From Balanoglossus misakiensis (lineage: Eukaryota; Animalia; Hemichordata): a stretch of 64,000 nucleotides of DNA. Location: positions 1,872,422 through 1,936,421 of the forward strand of contig CM082597.2 in assembly GCA_040954595.2 (NCBI GenBank). Direction: 5' to 3'. Shown here piece by piece: positions 13,210 through 24,535 of the stretch; the first letter of the stretch is position 1; each line of letters begins with the position of its first letter. The position numbers and the translations under genes were made by a program. Below the pieces are notes generated by a model. It did not search any database, had not been told where the DNA came from, and saw only the letters and a program-made list of their open reading frames with translations.

Positions 13210-13870
13210 TAGAAAGAAGATTTCTCACACTCCTGGCCGCTGGGAGTGTGGGATAGAGAGTGTGGGATCAAATTGATCCCACACTCTGTGTTAATGCGCA
13301 CACAGACAACTGTTATCTGACACGAGCTCTGATTGGATAATGATATCCATACCCCTCAGAACGAGCACATATTATCCAATTGTGCGATGTGTTGTACACA
13401 AACCGGAACTACAATGTGATCAGGTCATGTGCAGACGACAGTGGTGTACGTGGTTGGCGACAGACTAAAAAAAACGGTTGTATTTTCTAGATATCACGTG
13501 AATTTATGCCACTGGAAACAATCTCCATATTTTAATGTGTTGAGCACATTTTTATAGCATGTGTGTACTGTAAACTCGTGATAAAATGGGGACTATGTTT
13601 TGCGGGGCGGATCAATATATGACTGGTCATGCAGTTATCAGTTGGTATTTTATAGATTTAGTTCTTTTTATTGTAAATAAACGTTAATATCGCAAATTTT
13701 TGGTCGTGTGAGAAAAAGAATCTCACACACCAAGGACCTGGGATCGTATTTCTCACACTCGTCGGGGATATTTTGTCCCACACTCGCCTGCGGCTCGTGT
13801 GGGACAAAAAATCCCCAACTCGTGTGAGAAATACGATCCCAGGTCCTTGGGAGTGTGAGATTCTATTAAT
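13210..13870. mobile_element. Non-autonomous DNA element with a terminal ~148-bp palindrome (13717-13864)
   Basis: The left end (gatttctcacactcc) is an inverted copy of the right end (ggagtgtgagatt). The right end is a long near-perfect hairpin centred on ctcgcctgcggctcg. No coding capacity. Confidence 0.6.
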
Positions 13871-16800
13871 CTCTATCAAAACGCAGTGCTCCGTCAGTAC
13901 ACACACAACACGTGACCGCCCCATGAACCCGGAAAACCACAATTCAAAGATTGTGCGGATTGGTGTTACTCTCTGAATTCTACCCTTTGACAACATCACC
14001 TGTTGATCAAGCGAGGATTCTGTTTCCTCGAAGCAGACAGCGTGGTGTGTTTTACAGGGCACTCCAACAGAAAATCAATTGGCCAAGAAGAAAAAACAAA
14101 CAAACGATACTCGAGAACTGACATGCCCGAAACTTTGATGAATAAATCACAGCCATATAAAGTTGCCCTGACGTTGCCATTGTTGACGCTCTGGTCAATT
14201 TTTGTGTTTTGAAAACATCTGTGTCTCGGCCAGCAAGTTAGAAGATATGATGTAAAATCTCTGTGTCCATCATTCCCGTCAGATTGTAAAACATTTGACA
14301 ATCTCTGCTTGCAATTTGATAAAGACACATGATACATTGTCCTCGATACTCCCCAATGTAACTCGAAACACATTCGAAACAACCATTAAATGGAGTTTTT
14401 ACGATATAATCTGCAACAACACTAAATTATCCTATTTTATTTCAAATGATTACGCACTTTTTCAAACAATATGCACAGAAAGAAAATTTAACACCACCAA
14501 ACCCGGACATGTGGGGCACATCAGCTGCTTCGCATTATCGTTTTAGGGTGGAGGTCATATTTTGAGTTTTGAAACATGGATAGTGTGTTTCGTCTTGGTA
14601 AAGTTGGCTTATTTATTTTTGTTGAACTGGGACGTGCACATGCGTAGGCAGAAAGTGGGATATTGTGTCGAGCAGGGGGAGGGGGTGTAGACAAGACAAC
14701 CTGAGTTCATCCATACACTAAAATCAAAATAAGTTGGAATCGTGGACACAACTTTCAACGTTAACCCTGTTGCATATCATAGAGCAAGGCACATCAAAAA
14801 TTACTTTTCAAGAGCCATTTTCTCCGTGGGATCTTTTGTCAACACAGTAAGGTCTTTGACTCGCAGTATCTTAAAGGAATGACATGTTTGTTTCTGTGCT
14901 ATAGTATTTAACAGCTCCGCTATGAATCACGCTGACACAACAGTTATCAGCTGTCTCGTAAAACTTTAATATGGCGTCATTAGCCTCTCGGTGATACGTG
15001 GGCACTGCTGTCTCGCTGTAAATCACCCATGCAGCCGTCGAGCGGTCGACCGGGGTTTTTTCATCCGGCTTCTGTTGTCGAAGCTACCGGGTGGAATATA
15101 CGGTTGTCGTCGGCTAACATTCTACCCGGCGTCCGTTACAATTTCGCTCGGCAGTTACGCATTACACGCGTGCGTGAAATACTCAGGGTGCATGTACAGT
15201 ACGACTGAAAACCGCAGACGAGGGAAACTGCTCGTTCACGGAGTTTAACAACCTGAACGATGCGTAGCTACAGAGCGGGTCATCTGCGGTCATTCTGAGC
15301 AACGCGGCCAGATGTTCTGTGGTGGTTGTATGCAGGAGCGGATCACGAACATTGAGGTATGCGACCAGAAGTGGACCTCCACAGAGGTCACGGGAGGACA
15401 CGCGGTGTCCAACTGATAGTCACACCTAATCATGGAAGATGGTGGGAAGTTACTTTGCTATGGACACCTGGACTCTTTTGGAACGTGAACTCGGTCGGCA
15501 TGTTCGCAGAGACAGAGAGGACCGAGAGAGAAAATTTAGGGACCGCAAAAACAGAATTGGCTATGATCGATAAGAGATAATGGCAGGTCAAGGAAAGGCC
15601 CACAGCTCGATGACTTCCACAAAGGGACAAGTCAACAATGTTACTGGAGAGAGAGCGAGAGAGAGAGACACTTATGTTGAGCGTCAGTTTGAAACGTAAT
15701 CCGACAAAAACAACACTTAAAATAGGAGTGCAATTGCCAAAAAGTTTGGATCTAAACTTTTGCCAACTAAGTAACTTAAGAGGTTTCGACAGGGTTGGGC
15801 GGGTGCGATGGACTGCGAAATAGTGGATCTATTTTTGCAACGGTAACCTGAAACATTTTTAAAACTCGAACACAAAAGAAACTTGCGGGACCTTCTTATT
15901 CTCGGGGACTCGGTTACGGGGTGCGTTCTTTTATAGAAGCAGGTGAATACATACAGGCCTTGAAGACGAAGGACAAAGGTACATGCAGTTGTCAGATTCT
16001 CCATTGGAACGCGACAGGCGTGAATAATGAACGCACAGTTAACTGGTCAAGTCAGAAACACATAGCCGCCATAGTGACCTCGGCCAGGAGGTTAACGGGG
16101 GCAAATCACCGAAAAAGTGATAGATCCCTCCACCAAATGCGTGAAGAGGCCCCTCTCTCTGACGTGTGCAGATTACTCGGAACTACCTCCAAACCCAGTT
16201 TTGAATGTTTTGTCAAAAAATCCTAATATGTCAGCATTTCAGACCGAAATAAATTCAAGATGGTCGTCAAGCAAATAGACACTTATAAACACTCAAATTA
16301 AACAAAGCTCTAAGCTCCCAAGGTTTGCATAACCTTCAACTGAAGAGAAAGATTGCAAGATTTCAATTTGAGATATTTGTCCCTAAAGTACATACTGTCA
16401 TGTTGTATTAAATTGTGATATGGAAACCGGGTAACCCCAAGCGCTATTATAATTTATATACGGATTATGTGACTTGTCGTATGCTGAGTTGGCTTGGACA
16501 CGTGTGTCGCTTGCACATGATATCCATCGTATGGTTGCCATTAGCTCGGTTTGAACACTTGAGCTCGCATATATCGCATGAGATCAATCACGATTCTTTG
16601 AATCTAACTGAAAAGAGGTGTTTGATTTTGATCTGCTCTTAGGGGGCTCTACCCCAGGGGGACAGTACGACCCGTTGTTTGCGCATTTGACGACGTTTTC
16701 GCGGAGCAATGGCGAATCCGCGGAGTGAACGACCGATGCAATAATGAAGCGCGCGAATGTATTCCCGCTCGACCGACACTAGCCCCCGGGCTTACATTAC

Positions 16801-18120
16801 GTGAGATTTTATGTCGATGAAATCGAAAGCTTCTATGCATTGTGTGTACATGGGTCACGTTTGCATCAGGAGCGTTTGAGCGCAAATCACTATTTATGAT
16901 TTTCTTTTATTTTCTAGTTTGTACTTAAGGTGCAACGACTTCATATAGTTGCTAATTAAATCAATGGCCACGAGAACTTCACCCGTGACCCCTGACCTTG
17001 GGTGCTTTCAGGTTGACAAATATTTATTCAAGTAAGGAGATAAATATAATGTCAAAATGAAATTGCTAGATGATTCATAAGGATAAGAATTTGTTATGAT
17101 TTACACATGACGACATATGATTAATTTTCTTATTTACTTTATGTTATGTATATTTAATCGCACTTCGAATTATTGACACTTTATCAGGGAGGATTTTAAA
17201 ACTAATTTCTAATGTACTTCAATGTTGGAAATAAAAAACAAATTAATGTACCATTTTTCCGAAATAAAAATTCAGTTAAAGCTCCATCAGTTGTAACTTG
17301 TCAGAATTTTTGTTCTGTGTGTCAACATGCTTTGAGGATTCGCGATGAACTTATGGACAAATGTGACAGATATCTCATCAGATGATGTAAAAGTAAGTTT
17401 TTTTGTTACACTCCTGAGAAAACATGCGAAGGCAGTCGGTGACGTCACTCGGCTGGAGATTTATTTGTTTTTAACCGAGAACAATTGACAATTTATCGCC
17501 ATTTGTAATGGAACCTGGACACACAAAATTCAAAATTTACATCCGACTATGAGGGTTACTATGGAGATGGCCGAAAGCGCGTATACTGACCTCCGGCGCA
17601 TGCCCCACGCATTGCAAGATGAATTTTATGAACTGTGGTAAATAATTTTCTTAAATTTGTCGATGAGGGGGTCGCAATTTGGAACATAAACGTCACTTCG
17701 TATATTGATCTCGTGGGCGCCAACTCTATGAGTAATTGTGTTTTTACAATTTAGCGCGCCGCCTCGTCGCCAATCCGCGGTCAAATTGTGTTTTGATTTT
17801 ATTTGTCGGTCGCATGTTCCCTGCACGACGACCCTCCCCCCTGCCGCCAAAATCAATGGTATGATTATTGAATCCAATTTAGGCGGGTTAACCCAGGGCA
17901 GTGTCGTCGACTCGGTTTTCGCGGTAGTCGCGAGCGAGCGATGCGAACGTGACCAGAGCTTCGCCGTGCACTTTTTTCACCTTCAGTGAATGACTGACGT
18001 TGATGGATAAACATCGCACGGTCAAACTAGGTCATCTTGGCCAGCTGTTGTAAGCGAGTCAACGCAACAATGCCCGCAGTGAGTTGTTCGATGGAGCGGC
18101 GTGTCACTGACCGCAACCAG

Positions 18121-18307
18121 TTAAATTCGCGCCATAGTCAACTTGTCGTCATCTTTCAAAAATTTAACTTTTTCCAACATTTTCCTCAAATTTTGATCAA
18201 GACCCACAGACAATGAAAAATTATGTACACTTGGTCTAAAATTAAGAGGAAATGAGTGAAAAATGAGTGAAAATGAGTGAAAATGTTTAATGTTGCGCCA
18301 CATTTTT
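18121..18307. mobile_element. Truncated second copy (opposite orientation) of the piggyBac-like MITE at 36298-36513
   Basis: gcgccatagtcaacttgtcgtcatctttcaaaaa...tcaaattttgatcaag...ccacatttt matches the reverse complement of about 36320-36500. Confidence 0.75.
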
Positions 18308-21044
18308 ACAGGGAATATAATAGGGCATTCCAAGTGCCGCTATATAGAAAAATACGAACGCCGAGAAACCATTTTCAAGGAAAGGCTAAGCTCAGGACTT
18401 GAGACACAAAAATACTTTTATGCAAAATCACTGATATTATGTACTGAAAATAAAATATCACGCAGCATTTATCGATTCAGACCGCATTTCAATTATTATT
18501 CTTAGCAGCGGTCCCTGCATGAGAGTTAGCTGAACACGACAAAGCATAATGTAACCACCTAATTACTTAAAATCTCACGGAGTTAGATACATGCTTCGCG
18601 ATGTTGTGGCTTTTATATCCGCGGCGCGCACGGAGTAGCAACGCGCTGCGGTTTTCTTCTTTCGGAAACATTTTCCAGGTTCATACACATCGCCTCGTAA
18701 TACAGCGATAATAACTAAAGGGAATCATGAAATAAAACAATCCATTTTACAGATATAATATTTGTATAACCTTGCGAGCTATACATTCTTAGTGGCGTGA
18801 ATGAGTGCGTAATAAAATCCCGAGCGCGCGCGTCTTGCCTCTAAATTTCAGTCGCCATGCTCCGATTTGTCCTTTAATGCAATATACATCGAAAGCTCTG
18901 CCTTGTATCTTTCAAACAACGCAAAGAAACGCATTTGGCAGTAATCTCATCGTATCAAATTTCTTGACTTTTTTTCAATTATCCGTAAGCGCATTCAACA
19001 CGCGTCTATTCTTCCACCCCCGCGTTCTGTTCGGTTGGCACGGAGTAGTATACTGATAGTACGGTGGCCGAAAAAGGCTTATATGACCAGTGATTTCCCT
19101 CGTTTCGTTTACTTTCCGTAGATGGTTTTGATGAGATCAATGAATGGGTGGATGAACCTATTAATCAATCGATAGATGATCGGACGTAAACTGAAACTCG
19201 AGACAAAAATATCACAGAAATAACAGCTGTAATTTCAGTTTATGGCGAGCACAAAATCTTAGGAATATGAGCGGCTAAGTTGTGGGCATAGCTTTTTTAC
19301 TGGGAGTCGAAACGTAAAATTGATGACTATACAAAATCACACAGAAGTCTTTAATACTGTACTATGCTTTGGGGTGAGAGCTATGAATCGCACGATTGGC
19401 ATTTGTATATAATTGAAGCTATAAAACGAACGCATACTCGTCGGTCAATGACCGGGATTATTGCGTCACGTGACAGTATGAATGGCGCATAAAAACATCA
19501 AACCAAACCTTTCCTTTCTGTTAAGTCGTCTCAACCACATGCTGTGCCCATTAATCTAATTAGGCTCGCTTCCGACACGACCCCCTTCGATTCTCTTACC
19601 CGTACTATTCTATCAGTGAACGGTAAACCATTGCTAGATTTTTTCTTACGTTCACCTTGAAAAGTGGCGATTAAAACAATTGTCGTGAAATTGGCGATTT
19701 GATCTGACCCAGGTCTGACCCGAGGCGCCGATTAGAGACGTCCACGGTCGCGCTGAAAATTGCCACCCGAAGGTGTTGCAAAATAATCCGCCATGGCGAC
19801 ACATCTCACTGTGGTGAGGTATGAATGTCGTCTACTTAAATCAAATACTTCACTTTATAGGCGCGTTAGCATTTTGTCTTCTATTTTGATTGTGTGACGT
19901 GACTCCGGGGCAAGAGACACTTAAATCTCTATTGTAAATTTAATATTGATGTCGCCGTAAACGACTGGGAATTATTTACAGATCACACTACTGAGTACGT
20001 GAACTGTTCGCATATACTGTACTGTTAGTACTGTACTGTACTGTCTCTGAACTCTAGGAACTCTATGGGAAGAGACCCCTGACGCAAATTATTTTACCTG
20101 TAAAAATACTTCTCACTATATCTCTGTTAACAAATATCTCTTCTGCTTGTTTAACGTTTCACGGGGTTATGACCGCTGGCTCTTCACGAGATTCCGCGAA
20201 GAGTGTGTCATTGCCCCGTTAAGTCGATCGGCCGAGCCAGCATGGGAAAAGACGGTCCGGTCGGTCACCGGTATATTCAAAAACCCTGGGCCACAAATGA
20301 CACTTGGTTGCTCGGTTGACTAATGAGGTCGAGATAGGCTGGCCTTGAATAAGTTAACATACGTGAGATGCTTAATGAGTTATCCTTGACCCGGAGCGGC
20401 CTGACCTAAATATTCACCAGTTTCTGCTATGGACTCGCTGGCAGAGCTGCCCACACAGGGTGAATGCCCTACAGATTTCTCTTTTTTCGCGCATGTGCAC
20501 TGACGGGGGAACGTCAGCAACGGAACGTAACTATATGATGCAATGGACGTGCTCAGCATCGTAATGACCGCACGCGACCTATTATTCACAAACCGCGTGC
20601 AAAAGTGTGATAACCTGACTAGTGACGTCATTTTGCCGATGGAAATGATCAAATCCGGGATCATATGCACGTTAATAAAAAAGATACGGGTACACTTTAA
20701 CATATTGGGGTAGGACTATGCTGAACAGAAAAGATATACTGAGCTGCATATTGTTCAGGACGGGGAAAGAGAGAGAGAGGGGGGGGGGGTAGGCTGTAGT
20801 AACCACACTGATTTGAGGTTGGGTATGCCGCACACAATTGACCTACACAGACACACAGCGTACCCTTTCCAAACGTCATCGATGCCTTTCCCATTCCCGT
20901 ATCATATTCCATAGGGGACTGTCCCTACTCTTCCTAGTGCGTGAGTTGACCTCACAATTCCCGGACTTCAACAACCGTTCAATTGTTCTGAGAACGCAGA
21001 TGGGACAAATTTAGTACAGTCATGTTTACAGAGGGTAGCATAAC

Positions 21045-22697
21045 CTAAAACGAAGGAAACCGAAGGAAACCGAAGGACACTGATTTTTCCATATTTTAGT
21101 GCGAAGGACACGGTTTTCTGTATGCTAGAGGCCGAAGGACTGGTTTAGCTTCGAATTAAACGCCGAAGGACGGGTGTAGCTCCGTAATTTTGGCCGAAGG
21201 AAAGCGAAGGACGCTGATTTATCCGTATTTTAGTGCGAAGGACGTGGTTTTCTCTATGCTGGGGGCCGAAGGACTGGTTTAGTTCGGTAATTAAAGCTTA
21301 AGGACGGGTGTAGCTCCGTAATTTTGGCCGAAGGAAAGCGAAGGACACTGATTTATCCGTATTTTAGTGCGAAGGACGTGGTTTTCTCTATGCTGGGGGC
21401 CGAAGGACTGGTTTAGTTCGGTAATTAAAGCTTAAGGACGGGTGTAGCTCCGTAATTTTGGCCGAAGGAAACCGAAGGACACTGATTTTTCCATATTTTA
21501 GTGCGAAGGACACGGTTTTCTGTATGCTAGAGGCCGAAGGACTGGTTTAGCTTCGAATTAAACGCCGAAGGACGGGTGTAGCTCCGTAATTTTGGCCGAA
21601 GGAAAGCGAAGGACGCTGATTTATCCGTATTTTAGTGCGAAGGACGTGGTTTTCTCTATGCTGGGGGCCGAAGGACTGGTTTAGTTCGGTAATTAAAGCT
21701 TAAGGACGGGTGTAGCTCCGTAATTTTGGCCGAAGGAAACCGAAGGACACTGATTTTTCCATATTTTAGTGCGAAGGACACGGTTTTCTGTATGCTAGAG
21801 GCCGAAGGACTGGTTTAGCTTCGAATTAAACGCCGAAGGACGGGTGTAGCTCCGTAATTTTGGCCGAAGGAAAGCGAAGGACGCTGATTTATCCGTATTT
21901 TAGTGCGAAGGACGTGGTTTTCTCTATGCTGGGGGCCGAAGGACTGGTTTAGTTCGGTAATTAAAGCTTAAGGACGGGTGTAGCTCCGTAATTTTGGCCG
22001 AAGGAAACCGAAGGACACTGATTTTTCCATATTTTAGTGCGAAGGACACGGTTTTCTGTATGCTAGAGGCCGAAGGACTGGTTTAGCTTCGAATTAAACG
22101 CCGAAGGACGGGTGTAGCTCCGTAATTTTGGCCGAAGGAAAGCGAAGGACGCTGATTTATCCGTATTTTAGTGCGAAGGACGTGGTTTTCTCTATGCTGG
22201 GGGCCGAAGGACTGGTTTAGCTTCGAATTAAACGCCGAAGGACAGGTGTAGCTCAGTAATTTAGGGCGAAGGAAACCGAAGGACGCTGATTTATCCCTAT
22301 TTTCGGCCGAAGGACGAGGTTTTCTGTATGCTAGAGGCCGAAGGACAGGTTTAGCTCAGTAATTAAAGCCAAAGGACGGGTGTAGCTCCGTAATTTTTGC
22401 CGAAGGAAACCGAAGGACGCTGATTTATCCGTATTTTAGTGCGAAGGACGTGGTTTTCTGTATGCTGGTGGCCGAAGGACAGGTGTAGCTCAGTAATTTA
22501 GGGCGAAGGAAACCGAAGGACGCTGATTTATCCCTATTTTCGGCCGAAGGACGAGGTTTTCTGTATGCTAGAGGCCGAAGGACAAGTGTAGCTCAGTAAT
22601 TTAGGGCGAAGGAAACCGAAGGACAGTCATATTTCCATTTTTTAGGGCGAAGGAAAAGGAAGGACAGTCATATTTCCATATTTTAGGGCGAAGGACA
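21045..22697 (+). repeat. Left arm tandem array: 134-bp monomers (one 10-bp plus four 31-bp subunits), with A/B variants forming a 268-bp higher-order repeat
   Basis: A-type monomers start at 21061, 21463, 21731 and 21999 (spacings 402, 268, 268). Subunits begin with CGAAGGA or a close variant. The array degenerates toward the inner end. Confidence 0.95.
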
Positions 22698-22790
22698 CGA
22701 TTCTCTCACGATTATCAGAGACTTGGCGTCAGCTAGTACACGTCTGACCAGAGTTACTGATATCAATGTCGAGATCTTAAGTAGAGTGTC

Positions 22791-23046
22791 ATGTTTACAC
22801 GAAACAAAACTAAACAAACATACCTCATAGAAATGCTATCACTAATTCTACGTAACAATACTTTTGAATTAAACAACAAATTCTACAAGCAAACATGCAG
22901 TTGTACCGTGGGCTCAAATGCTTCACCGGGAATAGCCGACATTACGTTCCATGAACTGGAAATGAAAAACAACTGACAAAAAACGATCTCAACACAAGAT
23001 CACACTATTGATATCCTAATTCCGAGATACAGAGAGATGATACTAA
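22791..23046 (+). pseudogene. Degenerate Penelope-like element (PLE) reverse transcriptase fragment in the foldback loop
   Basis: LIEMLSLILRNNTFELNNKFYKQTCSCTVGSNASPGIADITFHELE resembles the PLE RT segment LxxNxFxFNxxxYxQxxGxxMGSxxSPxxAxIxMxxLE. A premature stop follows, then a frameshifted RY(R)DD-like catalytic motif (agatacagagagatgat) at about 23025-23041. Confidence 0.75.
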
Positions 23047-23092
23047 TGTCCTTCTCCCTAAAATATGGAGAATCACTGTCCTTCGCTTTCCT

Positions 23093-23911
23093 GAGTTAGG
23101 TGCGGAATTGTGTCTTATCATGCTCTTTTTACGTCCATGGTCTTATTGAAGGGGCATTTCTAAACTACATGTATTGTCTAAGGAAGCTAATTTAGCTAAT
23201 AATGATAAACACGGCTTTTTTCAAGATAATTATCACTTTCTAAATATCGTTCTAAACTTTCTAAACTAGCAGCAGTTTAGAAAGTTGGACTACTTGGGCG
23301 TTTACAAATGTACGGCGTACACTTTGGAAGTAGGCTTGGAATGAAGAGAGAGACGGGATGGCCAGTACTTCGGTGGGAAGTCAAATGTGATCTTTGTTTT
23401 ATTTTAACAGTATATATAGTCGAAGTTCTAACTCTGACATTTTACAACACCTCATAATGGTAGAACAATGGTGTTAAGACATTGATTAACCTGAGACTTC
23501 AGTCGTTGCACAGAACAATGGTGTCATACAAACGAAGCCCATATCTCAATAAACTGAGAGGAGTTTTGAGATAAGGCTTGATTTGGGCAATAAACGATTC
23601 CCAACATTCTCCCGTCCGCAAATATTGAAATTGAAATGCACCAATTGAAATCATACATGAAAATTCCGCAAATATTGGAATGGAAATACAGCACTTATAT
23701 CGTCGGCAGAAAATTTTAGTCGGGGGGGGGGCTTTCTAAACTGTGGCTAATTTATAAATTTAGAACGATATTTAGAAAGCGATAATTATCGTAGTGATAA
23801 TTATCCTTAAAACTTAGATAGTTTAGAACTATTTAGCTACAGCTAATTTAGCTTTCTACACTTGTAGCTAAACTTTCTAAAAACGATAAAACACAATTCC
23901 GCACCTTACTG
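23093..23911. mobile_element. hAT-like MITE nested in the right arm of the foldback element
   Basis: TIRs of about 27 bp (gagttaggtgcggaattgtgtcttatc / gataaaacacaattccgcaccttactg; the right end reads CAG- on the minus strand). Near-identical 8-bp TSD GCTTTCCT (23085-23092) / GCTTCCCT (23912-23919), derived from the host repeat. Subterminal ttctaaa/gataattatc repeats. Confidence 0.8.
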
Positions 23912-24535
23912 GCTTCCCTACGCCCTAAAATATGGAGATATGAGCGTCCTTCGCTTTCCTTCGGCCAAAATTACGGAGCTACACCCGTCCTTAAGCTTTA
24001 ATTACCGAACTAAACCAGTCCTTCGGCCCCCAGCATAGAGAAAACCACGTCCTTCGCCCTAAAATATGGAGATATGAGCGTCCTTCGGTTTCCTTCGGCC
24101 AAAATTACGGAGCTACACCCGTCCTTAAGCTTTAATTACCGAACTAAACCAGTCCTTCGGCCCCCAGCATAGAGAAAACCACGTCCTTCGCCCTAAAATA
24201 TGGAGATATGAGCGTCCTTCGCTTTCCTTCGGCCTAAATTACGGAGCTACACCCGTCCTTCGGCTTTAATTACCGAACTAAACCTGTCCTTCGGCCACCA
24301 GCATAATTAATTACCGAACTAAACCTATCCTTCGGCCACCAGCATAGAGAAAACCTTTTCCTTCGCACTTAAATATGGATAAATCAGCGTCCTTCGCTTT
24401 CCTTCGCCCTAAATTACTGAGCTAAACCAGTCCTTCGGCCACCAGCATAGAGAAAACCTTTTCCTTCGCACTAAAATATGGAAAAAACAGTGTCCTTCAG
24501 TTTCCTTCGGTTTCCTTCGGTTTCCTTCGTTTTAG
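23912..24535 (-). repeat. Outer part of the foldback right arm: about 4.5 inverted 134-bp monomers
   Basis: Period 134 (gagcgtccttcg at 23942, 24076 and 24210). Reverse complement of the left-arm units. Confidence 0.95.

Noticed and set aside
13658-14062. Overlapping ORFs on both strands sharing RNTIPGPW
   Set aside because: Artefact of the palindromic repeat element.
16200-17600. Degraded TTAA-flanked (Kolobok-like) MITE fragments, e.g. ttaaagctccatcagttgtaactt at about 17276
   Set aside because: Paired termini and boundaries could not be established without a repeat library.
21045-22697. CRISPR-like look of the array (constant CGAAGGA motif with variable intervening sequence)
   Set aside because: The 'spacers' recur with 134/268-bp periodicity, the constant part is only about 7 bp, no cas genes are present, the context is eukaryotic and the array has an inverted partner.
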